Assembly (NCBI GenBank): GCA_046563655.1
Contig: CM102284.1
Span: forward strand, 3,596,001-3,660,000
Origin: Yuukianura sp. NJ FZ-2021
Taxonomy: Eukaryota
Direction of reading: 5' to 3'
DNA: 64,000 nucleotides
Shown: piece by piece, positions 32,541 to 46,612 of the stretch
Position numbering within the stretch: position 1 is the stretch's first letter
Layout of the letters: each line of letters begins with the position of its first letter
Notes under the pieces: generated by a model
Databases searched by the model: none
Told to the model about the DNA's origin: nothing
Seen by the model: the letters and a program-made list of their open reading frames with translations, nothing else
Program-made: the position numbers and the translations under genes

Positions 32541-34079
32541 ATGGTAACAGTGTACATTTTGAAATTCATTTTGGATTTCAACAGGTTCTAAATGTTTTGA
32601 ATTTTTCAATTTCAGCGGAAGCAACTTTTCTTTGGAATTTTGATTCTCTGTGTCCACTTTGGAGCGTCTGTTCCAGTGGATGAGGAGAAAGATACTTCCA
32701 GCAGTCCAGGAGTTGAAGCCAAGGAAAAAGAAGGAACGGAGACACTACTGGAAACCTCGAATAGTGAAAAGGATGAAAAGACGTCGGAAGTGGAGAAAGT
32801 GAAAACGGAAGAAGGAAGTTCCGCTTCAGCGGAGAAATTGGGAACTTCATCAACAGTTCCAGTAGGCTACGCAACTGCAAACGGAATTGTCTATGATGCG
32901 CCACTGACAAGTGGAGACTACTCGGCTTTTGGAAAGCAGCCACATCTTTACGTACAACAAGGTCATCAACAAGGTCACCAAGGTCAGTGCACAAAAACGA
33001 TAAGTGTAAGATCTGAATTTTTGAGGGAAAAATATTTGAGCGTTTTGTTTTCCGGCAGGTCAACATATTCAGCCAGCTCTTCACCACGGACATAACCAGG
33101 TTTTGGTACAAGGCGGGCACGCTGGAGGCTTTGATCCTGCGCAGTATCAGCACGGTCATGGCCACGGTCACGGAGCTGTAATACAAGAAGGAGTGGCTTA
33201 TGCTGGACATGGACAAGCGCATCACGGTGTTCCAGTAGGTCATGAACAGCATCAGTTGGTTGGAGTGGGTGGTCCAGCATTTGCTCATGGAAACAAAGGC
33301 CAATTTGTCCAAACCGGAGTTGAGGCCGTGCCAGGCAGTCACAGTTTGCATAAACCGTATAATCCATATGGAGACCACCATGGAGGTGTCATTTACATGG
33401 GAAATGGACTTGTTCCTGAGCATGTCGCGGGAGTGAAGCTAGCCGGACCGGTTGTTCCGCCCGCAGGCTATCGCCAGCAAGAAATCATTCAGAAGGGGTC
33501 GGAGGTTGACGCCTTGGGGAACGTTCATAGCAGTGGAGTGGCCCTGAAGAGCTCACATGGACTTGGTTACAATCCGCATCATGGCGGAATACAACAAGCA
33601 TACCATGTTCAACAAGGTCAGAAATCAAGTTAAAGGTCAAAGGTTAACAGTGAAATTTAAATTTTCATGTTTGTTTAGTTCATCAGCAAAATGTTCCCGG
33701 ATTTCCACCTCAAGTGTCACTCAACACTGCTTCAAGGGTCAAAGGGTACGACGACTATGGCAATGTCGTCCAAGATTTGAAGATTAAGCAGCGATTTGAA
33801 AATGGACCTGGCTTGGGCTACAACGGTCTTCAGAATGACGTGATTGCTCATACCGACGAAGCCTTCGTGGGACACCGCCGTCACCACGGTCCGAGACACC
33901 ACTACGACGGTCGCGGTTTCTCAAATCCTGATCCATACTACAACAACGAGCCATTGCCACACTACCAACGTGGACCAGGAATTGGACACGCCACGACACT
34001 CCTCACTACTGGACCACACAAATATTACCAAGGGAAGAACCCTGTCGGAGTTTACGAACGATACCATAGGCTCGGCTAA
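32541..34079 (+). CDS. Secreted Gly/His/Gln-rich, cuticle-like structural protein (approx. 442 aa)
   Basis: The first coding exon is the ATG alone, then exons 32616-32982, 33059-33616 and 33679-34079 in consistent phase. Signal peptide MRKQLFFGILILCVHFGASVP, an acidic segment, then a G/H/Y/V-rich body. No Rebers-Riddiford motif recognised. Confidence 0.8.
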
Positions 34080-37000
34080 ATGTTGAGCGTGGGGTCAGGT
34101 CAAAGGTCACAAATTCAAAATCCAAAAATTTCGAAATGCAAGTTCCATCCTACCAACAAAATCAGCGCTTAGACAAGGATGGAAGTTACTTCTTGGCTAC
34201 GCTGCACTTTTAAATATTTTAAAGAAATTCCTACAAAAACAGATAAATTAAGCCCTAAAATGTCAAATAAAATCATAACAGTTAAAATTTTAAAAATTCA
34301 GGGCTCTTTTGATTTGAAAATTTATTTAAACCTTTCTTTTTTTTTGAAAGTCTGGACTTTTTTTTCCATACAAAAAGTATCCTGCAGTTTGTTAAAGTTA
34401 CGTAATTGTTAGTTTGGTTATGCTCTGAAAATTTGTCCAAGCCAAGCCACACTTGTGTCTGTGTCTATTGTTGTGATGTCAATCCCCCTAGAAATCGTTT
34501 CCAATTGCAACCTTGTCATGGGAGGTCACAATTTGGTTCCAAATGGAGCAAAGTAGGGATGAATTACACTTGATAAGACGCATCTCGGACACACAAAAAC
34601 ATTTGGGAGAGTGTTGCAATCACTTCTGTGCAAAAATCACATTCAGTCATACCTCCGTTCCCACAGGGGAAGCATCTTTACCAAACAGCATCCCTCTCAC
34701 GCATCTTGGTCATCACTACAAACAAACTCGGATTTGTTTTGTATAGTTTTTTAAATTTAAAAAACTTAGTAATCAAGTTCGTTTGGTTCAAATTGTACCG
34801 TTTTCCAAAATTTTTCAGCGCACAACAACAGAGAAATTTAAACTGAAAATGTATTTGAAACTCCTGTGACTGAGATCCGGAGAAAGTTAAGTGGACGCTT
34901 GCAGCATCAAGGTAAAAAAAAACGTTTCGCTAAATGTTGACCTAAAGTAACGGACTAAGCTAACCTAACATTTTTTTAACCAAGTTTAGTTCTAAGCCTT
35001 TACTTTTTAATTTCGCATTAGGTTTTTCAAGTTTAGCTTAGGTTATGTGAGTACTTTGGAGGAAAGTGGGACTTGAAATTGCAAAGTAGGCTAAGATCCT
35101 CGTCCTTCCCATTATGGCGGTGATTCTTTTGATTTGTTGTGTTGAACCATTATTGGAGGGAGCTTTGAACTCTGTTCGACCTGTTAGGGGTCAAATTATG
35201 CCTAACATAGTCCAACTAAACTTTTTGCGTTTGGTCCAATTAGACTCTTGAGACTTGTTTTATGACTGGGATATCTCTACAAGATCACATCTCTCGTCAA
35301 GTGAAAGTTTAAGTTGAGATTTGGGGATTTGAACCCTGACACAACACAAGCATTTCCCATCTTCACTGCCAAAAATCATAACATTTCTTTAGGTTTGAAA
35401 AAAAAATATTGAGTTGAAAAAAATGCTAAATGTTATTCAATACGGAGGGTAAACAAGGAAATCCAGGAAGTTTCATCTGTCAAGTTATGATTTCTGATCG
35501 TACGCAAGTCATAACGACTACAAAGCAAATAAATTCTGAGAGGAAAAATTTCGTTATTGCTTCCATGAAAATTTTTCGCAGCTTCTTTTTCATTTGTGAA
35601 GCTTGATTTTTGCGAGGTCACTAGTGGTCAAACTAGGAAAATCAATAGAGCAGGAAGCGACTTTATTTTAGTCTTCTTAAGCATACGAAAACAAAGTAAA
35701 TCTTTGACAATTTGCCATTTTTTGTTTGTCTTTTTTGGGATGTGGAATTCAAGTATGCTAAATTGCAACATCAACAGCATTTTTTGCTTATTTGGACAAA
35801 AATGACGAAAATGTTGTTGACATTTTTTGTTGAAAGTAATATGTCAAGTGTGAGTGAGTTGGAACGTAGAGTGTCATGTATGCCACTAATGGATGTTCAT
35901 CCCCTGCTTCATGGATCTTCCAAGATTAAACAAACAAGGAAATTAAAAAGTGACAAAAACTTGGAAGCACTTTTAGAGGTTTGGTTTACAAATGGGAAAG
36001 TTCTGTTCATTCCCATGATGCTGGTGACATAAAAGTTGAAGATGCGGAAGCATCTTTATAAATAGCTCAAAGCTCATGAAAAAACTGAGGAATGTGACAG
36101 TAAAGTTTCATATTTGAGTTACACATACGAGAAAGTCTTTCGCTAATTCGTACGCTCTTTATTTCCTGGATGCTCCAAAAGCATCTTCCAAGACCATCTT
36201 AAGTATTTTGGAAGATCGTGAAGATGCTACGAGATTTAACGGGATTTCAAATTGGTCCAAATGAGAATTTCCCAACGGAAGGATCCATGAAATTGTAAAA
36301 TCCTGATGAACATCATGCACCCATACACTTTTCCTGATTCCTAAGTAGCGTTTTTCACCATATAAAGTAAGAGTAGAGTTTCACTTTTACTTGAAATGTT
36401 ATACGCGTAAGCGCATGTTACTCGCTTGTCACATCCGTAACTACTAACTTTTTGAAACTTTTCTAAATTTGGAAGAAGGCGTTGATTTATTGTTCCTCAA
36501 CGAGTCACTTACGAAGCTCATCAGTGTCAACTTCTGACAGTCCAACCTCCAATGTCAACGTCCACAAAAATCTCAAAAACAGCTTAAATCGAGATAAAAA
36601 TACCGTAAAATGTCTCTGAATTCGTCGCATTTGAATCTGTTCTAAACTTGCAAAATTTACGACTACATTTCTCGTTTGAAAATTAGGAACATTCTTTACT
36701 TTTGAATGACTACGCGGCATATCGCTTGCAATAATTTGCTTAAAATTCAACTGTTACAGTAAAGTCCCTCATTGTGCAACATGTATCCATGTGCTTCTCC
36801 TGTATTTGATGGTGTAATACCGTAAATCACGCATTTTTTGAAGAATTCCATTAGAATTCCTAGGTAAGCTAACCTGGATTTCTCCGACGTTGAATTGACC
36901 GTAACCCAATAATTTTAAATGTTGCGAAACAACAAGGTTTACTGTAGTTAAAAATGTTAGTTTTTCAGTTTTGTTTGTTTTTGAGTTATTGAATACGTTA

Positions 37001-39992
37001 ATGATTGATGGTTGTTTGTTTAGGGTTAGTTAAGTGGTAAATGTTGCGTTACTTTTTGCTTTTTCGCATAATGCACACCATTAAACTCCTTCAACATGGG
37101 AATTTCTGTTGATTTTTGAAACTAAAAAACAATGCGAATGTTAATGAGGCAAAAAAAAAGTTTCAAATGAAATTTTAGCTCAAGTCTTCAGTGTTTAATT
37201 GAAAATGGTTGAGCTGCCAAAAAGAGTTATGGGGAATGAATTATTCCATGAAGTTTTCTGTTAAATTTCCTCTCCCTAAATATTTTGAAAATTGTTTCTC
37301 GTTTGTTCATAGGCAGAGGACAGGATCGGATAATTTATTGTTTGGGAGAGGGCGTTAATGTTTCTCTAGTTCTTAAGCCGTTTTGTGTACGAAGAGGATA
37401 ATTTCTGGGGTTCTTGAGGGCGTTGGAGACTTATAATTTATTAAATCCCACCTTTACCTTATTTTATGATCTCAACAAAATTACAGCATCATTACAACCC
37501 CTCGTTCCGATTTAAAAAGCTTTTCGCAAATTTACTCACGCAAATCACACAGAGATTAAAGGTTGTGAAGTTGGCTCCACCGTGGGATCCCACGGTCCCA
37601 CCATAAATGCTACGTTCTAAGCCTAACCCCCACTTGGCCTTGTATCATTTCCCACTTCATCCTGCCCTATGAAGGGATCATCTAGTCGTGATCATGTCGA
37701 GATTTTCTGTAATTGACTTACAACAGTAATGGTTCTGTAGTTTTCAAAATTAATTCGTTTTGGCGTGTGAATGACAAAAGATTATCTCAGGTTATGCTTA
37801 CTTAACCTAACATTACACTCAGCCTTTTAAAAACATAGGACTTGTGCATAACCTTAGGGACAGCATTTTTGCTACATTAGGTCAGTTGAAATGGACATGC
37901 TGTCGAGGACATTACTTCTCATGGACATAACTATGTATGTCGTATGTCCTAATATTCGGAAGGTTGGCACAGTGTCATAGAGTGATGATGATGACGATGA
38001 GAGAGAGAGCGTTGTGGTCCATGAAGTTATGATTTATGATCGTGGGAACTTTTGATAATTGAAACGTACCGTACCGTAACATGATCAAATGTAATTTAAT
38101 GACAACATTATATTGTGACATGACTTGACCTGGCCTAACATCGGGATAGACAGAGACTGAACTGGCGCTGGAAATGTTACGACCTTGCCCTATGTTTTGG
38201 TTGAACGAAACAAAAGACCTAGCGTGACATTACGACAATAGCATTTTTCCCAATTCTCCCAAATTTTGTCAGCGTCTCTGTGATGTCATGCTACAATCCA
38301 GGAACAGGTAAATTCTGGATAAGACACACCGTTGTTTCTGCGTGTTGTGATCTTTAGCGTAACTTAAAAACTGAAAACATAAGAAGCATGACCAATTACT
38401 TTGTGACTGTGCCGCAAGGTCAACTTAATTTCCAACTGACTAATAACTTTCTGAAACTTGTGGTTTACGTTCGTTCATCATATTCGTGCTTTTGAGTAAC
38501 ACAAGATGCTCAAGTAGCATATTATTAACAATTGCAAGGAGCTCTATGGTTAAGTGCTTCCGCCGTTTCGCATTAGCCTATCATGCAGTAGCATCTTGGA
38601 TTCCAATTTATTAAACTTCAAATTACATTTGAAATCAAAAACCAAAAAATACTAGTGATTAGGGAGTAATTTATTTTAAATTATGCTTTTAATTTATTTT
38701 ATAATTTTCAAGAGTAAAAGCCTCTTGGTGAGTTTGAGTTTGAAAATTTGAGCATTAGCGTGCGCAAATTTAACAAAAATTTAGTGACCACAGCCATGTT
38801 TTGTTAATTTTTCTTTCATTATTCAAAAAACTTGTTGGTAGCTTTCATTTGGCCCATTGTCTCACATTGGCTGTGCATGAATATTCTCTAATTACCTTAA
38901 TGCTTGTGCTTGTGCATACTTTCTGCATATTTCTGAAAGTACTGTCAAAGTCAAAGGTCACCGACTCTTCTGACACTTGACCCAGAATGGAAAAGTGAAC
39001 AATAAGACTCGTTTAAGTGCAATAATTTAGCCCAAGTCCAAATGACTTTTCAAAATTAGGTTAGTATAATTTCTACTTTTATTCAAAACGAGCCAAAACT
39101 GAAAGATATGTGAAAAACTGTCAGAAGAATGCTTGGCTCTGTCAGAACTCTTAAGAGAGAAATTGTTGACACTTTGACCTCTCTGTTCCTTTCCAAATCC
39201 ATATTTTTACATGTTTGGATTTTACGAGTTTTGCAAAACATTTTTGCACACTTTTTTATTTGCACACCTTGGCCAAAAAGTGAACAATAAAATATGATTA
39301 TCTTTCTTCTTAAGAAAGATTCAAGTCATCTTTTTCTGCCTGGTGCTAAAAGGCTTAAAGGAATTTTGACTCCATACTGAGCCTCCCACATCTTGCGAGA
39401 GTGTCGTCAGAGCCACCACATAAGTGCCCATTAGCACCAGTGATAAATTGACATTGGACTTGAGGAAATTAGCACGCTCCGCTCCTCTTCGTCCATTTGC
39501 AATTGCAATTTGAACTTCTTATTCTTTCTCAAATATTAAAGTTTCTAAGTCCCTCTTCAAACAGCTTCTGTGCAAAAATTCTAAAGAAGAACAGTTTTGA
39601 CCGTGACACACTTCCTGGCTAGGTGTGAAGAGCTTTTCACACCTCTGTGTGTCTTTCAATTACGAAACACAGAAATTAAGACATTAAAATGCGACTGATT
39701 TGCAGTTTTAGTCTTAGACACACGCTATTTGGAGCCTAATTTTGAAAACAGTAAATTATTGCTCAATTTTTATTTTAATTTTTGCAGGACGCACTTTTGG
39801 ATTCAAGACGTGCGTGCAATTTGAAATCTTTACGCAGACGAAGTTTTAAAAATAAGTTTTTAGTGGGAAGCCAAAGGATGAACAATGAATGGCTGAATTA
39901 GTTGGTTGCCCTAATCGGTCTCTCCGCCTGCAGGCTTCAAGTGGATTCAAATTGAAGTACTTTTGAAAGATCAGGTAGTATCACAAGTGAAG

Positions 39993-42900
39993 ATGGATCT
40001 TGATCACGTTCATGCTGCGCAGAAGCAGGAGAGAGATGACCAGAATCACTTGACCCAGTCGGCTCATCGACGTCTTGGACAAGATGAAGATGTGGGTCAA
40101 CTAAAATTAAGCACCAGTCCATCACCAAGTCAATCCTTCACTCCAATTCCACCGAACTCTCTGCACCAAATTCAAATTCGCAAATGTTTGGTCCTACTAC
40201 AGGATTCACTCGTCATCAAATTTGTGCCATTCACGTCGACATCAAGCAGAGTACCCACGCCCTCCAATTCACTTTCCAATTCAAAGGCCACCAGAGAAAG
40301 TAACACACGTCAAAGGACGAGTAATGCTGCAAAGACGGAAAGAAATGCCAGTCGAAATGGAAATTTTGAAAATTTTGGAAACGGAAAAAATGGGACCCTG
40401 AGAAACTCAAATTCTAAAGATTTCGTCCTTGAAGCGCTGAAGTCTAGTCAAACCGATTTTCACTCCAGTCCGGGCTTTGGATCACCAAAAATTTTACCGA
40501 TTCAGAGAAATTTCAACTCAAACGGACCGATTTTGTACAAGGTTCGTAAAATTTTTTCTAAAAAATGTAAAACTTTCGCTTTTCTCACAAAACTTCCGAC
40601 TTTCTCAAGTAATTTTTTGTTGAAAAAAAAATGCCAAGATGCACACACCGTAAAAAATCAAAACAAGATTAACTTTTTTTTTCTGCAAGGTCGCTTTTCC
40701 CTGCTCTAGAATCAAGTTTTGTTACTTTTACACTAACTTTGATTGCTTTTTTTGCTAATAACTTTTAAAATGTTTGTGCTCGTGTGAAGCATTAAAAAAG
40801 TCGTATAAACTGATTGAAACTGACGGTTGGTGGAAAACCAGGTTGTCGGTTGCCCCTTGGGGACATCAAGTCCACAATTATAAAAATCATGGGAGTTAAT
40901 CACTGCGTTTGAAATGATCTTGTGAGCAGCATGATGCTTTGATTGTTATTCTCTGCAGACAATGGACTATTTGCTCAGTTACTCCGTTCGAATGTCTGCT
41001 CCATTTGATTTGTAACTAAACGTGCTTGGAGGCGAAGTTAGTGACTTAAGTAGGAAAAAGGCAGCGAAAGCTTTCACCGTCTTCATAAGTTAAGCCAGTT
41101 ACAGATTTATGGGGGGAGATATATGTTAGCCTAACCCTGTTCTCTAACGGACCAATTTCACTTGGATTTGATCTTAATCTTTGACAGAACTAAGGCTTTC
41201 TTCAAGTCAAATCAATTCAAGTCAAATTGATTCCAACTTCTGACTTTTCAACACTCTCTCAAGCCCACAATTAAACCAAACCTGCTCTTCCCAGTAGGCA
41301 ATTCAACATTTCAAACTCAAGACCACACATTTTCCATTTTTAAAAACTAGAATTTAATTGCTGAGTCAAAAGTACGGGGAGGTTCAAGTTAATGTCAGAA
41401 GCAACCAAATCTCACTACTCGGGTTTCAAGTTTTTAGAAAATCTGTCTGTCGCTTGTCAAAAAAAAATTAATAAAAATTGAATTTTTTGTTTGAAATTGA
41501 GAATTCGATGAGATGTTTCTAGCTAAGTAGTCTAGTCGTACAATTTCCCTGGGTCTTACACGTTAAATAGTTGAGTGGAGTTTTGGTTTTACTTTCGCTT
41601 TCGCTTTTCTAACGAAAGATGGTAAATGAAGTTTGAATTTTTTAAAACTTGTTTGAACAGAGCTTCCGTGACGTGAATCTGCAGTGTCACTGGAACCCTA
41701 CTCTTTGTGAAGCCGTGACCAACTTGGAGTACAAAGGGTACATCGTGCCTTACACTGTGCTTGTTTCCGCGGCACATCCACGGTTTCTTACAACGTTACG
41801 AGTGGCTTGGTCGCGACAAATGCTGCGCAGTCCACCAGGATACACAATTGAATTCATTGGTATGTTTAAAAAAGAATTCAAAGTTGGAGTGAAACGACAA
41901 AATCAAAATTTGACCCATGTCCGGAAAAATAAGTGAATTGGTTTACAGGAAAGCAGCAAAACTCTGTTAACCTGCATTCTTTGTCATTTGAGTTTTAAAA
42001 GTGTGAGAGCAAGCGAAAAAAAGTTAAAAGCAAGAGGAACTTTGCTAAAGTGATTTCACAAAAAAAAAAATGTCCCAAGTTGAACAAAAAGTCCGAAAAT
42101 TGTCAGATAGGTCAACCTTTCAAGTAGTACAAAAGGGGGAAAATGAAAACTAACAGCAAACTCAAATGCAAAAAAAAAAATTTACTATGCATAAAAACTA
42201 AAGGTGAAAGTTTTTACGGAAAAAGTGCTTTTGGTGTAAACTTTAACGACCGTCATTGTAGGCAACAATTTGTAGACGTTGTGGCCACTTTGCGGCTACA
42301 CTGGGTGGCTACATATGTTGCCACTTTTGGTTTGGCTTTTTTAGGTTTAAGAGGCTGCAAATGTCACCACTAGATGTAGCCACCTATTGACCTATTGCGG
42401 CCACACAAGATGGCCGGAGTGACAACACCGTGCGGCTACAATGACAGTCGTTAATCCTTACCGTATCCAAAAGCACAAAATGGAAACACCAAAATTTGCA
42501 AAGAAGCGTTAAAATGAAAAGAAACTTCCAAATTTGGACAAAACAAAATTGACTTTACTTTTGCAAAACATGAGAGCAAATCCAAATTATTTTATTGGTT
42601 CCTGTTCATTAAGTGAAGCAGAATGTGTAACGCCATTAAACTGTTTTTCCCACCACTTTTTCGTAAATTGCTCTTGGGATTCGAAGCATCTTCTTCATCA
42701 ATTGAATTGATTGCCTGCAGGCTGATTGCTTAATTTTCCGAGTATTCAAACTTATTTATCACGAAAAAGTAACATGAAATAGTCAAAATTGCATCAAAGA
42801 TTTTTTATAGGTGAAGTCGAAGAGCTCTTGGCAGATCCAATTCCACAGAGTCAATTTGCTCCGCTGTCAGATTCCCTTTGTTGGGCAATTTTAGAAGTCA

Positions 42901-45208
42901 CGTCCACTGGTTCGTTTCAAAAATTTACGTTCGTGATTACCGTTTTATTACCCACATTTTCTGGCTTAATTTTCTTTAATTTGGATATTCGCTTAGGTCA
43001 AGAGGCCTTTGTAAACAGTATTCTCACGGCACTAAACGCCAATTTCCCAACCATGATCATGCCAAATCGAGAATTGGTTTACCAAACATTGGAAAAATTG
43101 GTTCAGCAAGGCAAGGTTTGCCAAACGTCCAGCGGCTACTTTGTGGTTGGTCCAGAGATGCTGATGAATTCGTCTGTGATGCATCAGCATCTTCATCAGG
43201 AGCTTACAGATTCATCAGCAACAATTCTGCAGGACGTGAACACCCAACAGCCCTTTCGTGACAGTGGTAATTTTTGGGAAACCTTTCAAGTTGATTTTCT
43301 TTTGTGTGCTAATATTTCACTTTCGTTTTTTTGTAAACTGTTTTTTCTTTTAAATTTTGATCGTGTTTCGAAAGACAAAGTGTCGAGGCATTCCTGGGAC
43401 TCGACAGCGTCTGCCGAGAATCCTGTGCGTGATGGCTCACGAGCAGAAAAAAATGCCGACAGTCGTACAGCTACACCGCTGAGACGCCACAATTCACTTC
43501 GAACGATTCGGCAAAAGGATAAAGAGGCTGGGGTAATATGAGACACAAAAAGTCGAGAATTTATCAAAAACTAAGTTTTTAGCAAAAAATCTCACCATCT
43601 TTCGATTTCTGTTTCAGACGCTAAAATTTTTGAGAGGAAGAAGCTTTTCGTTCCGAATGTACAAGTCACAGTCAGAGTCAACCCCGTTAAGAACAGATTC
43701 AATTTCTCCGGAAAAGGAGAATTCCACTTTGGAATCTTGCGCTGCTGAGGAGAAGAAGAAAAAATCGGGTGAGTTGTAATCGATTTGAAATCCAATCAAA
43801 ATCGATTTAGATGAGATTTTGAAAACATTCGATTTTTTGGAAATCAGGTACAACGTTTTTTAAAAAGCTATTCAAGCGCTCTTCCCCCAAGAAAAGCCCT
43901 TCAGAAGTAGCAGTTACTGGAGTAGAGTCTTCCGTTATTTGTTCAAATGCAAAAGCAATGTCAACCACCACTGCGACACAAACGTCACCGTCCATTGAGG
44001 CGCTGGAGGTGGAGCTACCTGTGTCGTATGCAAAGAGTCTTGCGTCGCAGCAGATCCAAGAAGCTCTGCGTCGCGTCAGTCCGCTCTGTATCGGCGGTGT
44101 TCGAAATGACGCAAGTACGACACCCATCCCACTCCAAATTGAATGTACTGGAACCAGCACTGAGAATTTAAACGAAAGTCGCTGGAACAGTCTAGAACGA
44201 CCGCGGCGGTCGCACAGCCGTCTTTCACTCACCACGCCCACGGTGGTTGACGACGACCGAACCATCTACGCCCTCCCGCGAGAACTTTACAGCAGAGCTT
44301 CTGGAACCGGAAATGTCGGAGGAGATTTTTCACGTTGTTCGACCATGAGCCGTGGAAGTCTAGGTTATGGCAGTCAAGGTCAAGGGTCACACGGAAACAG
44401 TGACAGCAGACCACCAACCCCCATGAGCTCCACCAATAGAAGTCGGTGGTCAGCATTAGCCGGTCCACCACCAGCCTACTCCCACCTAATTTCTAGAAAT
44501 TCAGGGAACTACGGCAGTTACCGAAACGCCTACGACTTTTACCGACGCAACAAACACCCAAATCCAAGTTACCGGAACATCCCAAAGTGTGACACGACTC
44601 GTCCCACTGACACTTCCGGCGACAAGTCATTTTTGACAAGGACAGGGACTTGGGGACCCACTTCTGGTTCTCACGCTCATTACTACGAGACAATAGGATC
44701 CTCCGGCCACAAACCACTAGAGCGAGAGCGGCCCAAGTCAACAATGACGGAAGTAATTAATGGCATCAGAGGTAGAGAAAATGGGAAGTTTCCATGTCCA
44801 CGAACAACTTCAAAAGTCAACTGTAAGAACGACCCATTTGTGGCCACTACCACAGTGACACAAAATTCAACGACGAATATGGAAGTGGAACTTAGACTTC
44901 CGCGTACGACGGGATGTGGTGGTAGTAATGTCGGAGGAGGAGGCGGAACAATTCGTATCAAAGGAAATGACACCAAAGTCAATGTCAATGTCAGTGGTGG
45001 CGATGATTCAAGTGAAAATGGTCGTCGCAGTAGTACTGAAATTCACATTGGCCAACCTGGGACTGAAACGGAAGTCAAAACAGTGATTCATGGTACACCG
45101 AATGGTGGTACTGTAACGACACACTTTGATTACCGGAACGATTCTGAAAGAAAACAGAACTTGATCAAGAAAGATACTAATCAACAGACACCAAATCCGT
45201 CCCTTTAA
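39993..45208 (+). CDS. ko: Storkhead-box winged-helix protein (STOX1/2; Drosophila knockout)
   Basis: Exons 39993-40541 and 41661-41859 (FRDVNLQCHWNPTL...LRVAWSRQMLRSPPGY), then the storkhead domain from 42812 (PIPQSQFAPLSDSLCWAI...YQTLEKLVQQGKVCQTSSGYFVV) and a long S/T-rich tail. Confidence 0.88.
42243..42463. mobile_element. MITE copy 3 in a STOX intron
   Basis: ttaacgaccgtcattgta...tacaatgacagtcgttaatccttaccg followed by TA. Same termini and internal GTGGCTACA/TGTAGCCAC motifs as copy 1. Confidence 0.8.
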
Positions 45209-45668
45209 AATGTTAAACTTTAACTTACTACTATTTGAAAGTCTTAAATCGAAGAAGCATTGATAATTCGATACCTTTAACTGAAATGTTAGCATTTCTA
45301 TGAAAAATTAGAGCTTTTACATGTTAATTAATTTGCTAATATAATATAATCCGAGTGTGCCAAAATCATTGGTTTTCAGTTCTTTTCTAATTTTAACTAA
45401 CATTAACATTAACCCTGACATCATATTTCAAGTTCCAGAAATTGTCCTGTTCATCAGCAATTTAATTTAGAGTTTGCTTTATCCAGGAAAAATTGTGCTA
45501 AAGTTATACAGTACTTTTGTTTAAATAAAAGCCGAGTGTGCCTTCATTTGCTTTAATTCGCGCAACGTTAGATGAAACGAATTAAAGTTCGTAATAAAGC
45601 AGCTTTAGTTTAACTACCTAAAATACAATGATGAAGTAATTGTTTATGTTTACCTAAAGTATATGAAA

Positions 45669-46612
45669 TTATCCCCAGCGATAGTGGGCGTAGGCTCTAT
45701 TAGCCTCGCACAATTTATGTAAGTCTTGCTTCTTCTTGATTGCTGATCCCTGAAATGTTAAGAAAAAAGTTAAGTAAAACCGGAAATCAAAGTTTTTGGA
45801 TTTATTGGAAGCTAGGACTGTGGTGCATACCGTGTTGTTAGCCGCATCGATAATATCGTACGCCAACTTCTTGTAGAATCGTACATCGTCGTCCTTCGTC
45901 TGTCCCGCTTGTATCAACCAATTCATCGCTAGAAAAATCCCTCGTTTCTCACTTACTGGAACTGGAACATGGTATGTTGCCCCTCCACGTTTTACAGGAG
46001 TAGTTTGTAAGAACGGTTTTGCATTGTCGATTGCTTTGTGGAACAAGGCGTAAGGATTTATGACAATTTTCTCACGTTCAACTGGATCCGAAGTGCTGTG
46101 GTATTTTTCCAATTGAATTTTCTTAATTGTCTCGAAGCACTGCAAAATCAATAAATTGATGGAGTGATTGAGACGTTATCGTAAAATCGAACGTATCTGT
46201 TTACCTTTTCCAGTAATGAGCGTGCCAACTTCTTCTCTCCTTTCTTCATGACATAATTTATGAACTTCAAAACCAGTGGGTCATGCCAGCACGAAGCGTT
46301 ATGATCATTTTCTGCTGGACGGACCGGGGTAAATTCCAGTTTCTGTAATTCTCCAGAGGCAACCAATGCTTCTCGGTCAATGGGTTTGTAAATAGGATGA
46401 ATGTAGTGCTTGGGGTACATGGAGTAACCTCGACAGCTCATCGACAGTAGCGCCAACCTGCAATTCGATTTGATTGAACACAATTAATTAATCCAATTTA
46501 CCATTGACCTCATTAATTAAAAATTTATACGCGCTTCAAGAACGGAGACGGAGAGCGTTCGAGCTTAAACTTACCGGTTATAAGATACCAACTTGCTCCA
46601 AACGTTTTCCAT
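45669..46612 (-). CDS. mRpS7: Mitochondrial ribosomal protein S7 (uS7m)
   Basis: Four exons; KFINYVMKKGEKKLAR, PVKRGGATYHVPVP and KKKQDLHKLCEANRAYAHYRWG*. Confidence 0.95.

Noticed and set aside
32578..33423. 281-aa antisense ORF over the cuticle-like gene
   Set aside because: It mirrors the sense codon bias and has no recognisable domain
35320..35372. B-box-like GGTTCAAATCCC on the - strand
   Set aside because: Weak A box, and no cloverleaf, TSD or tail found
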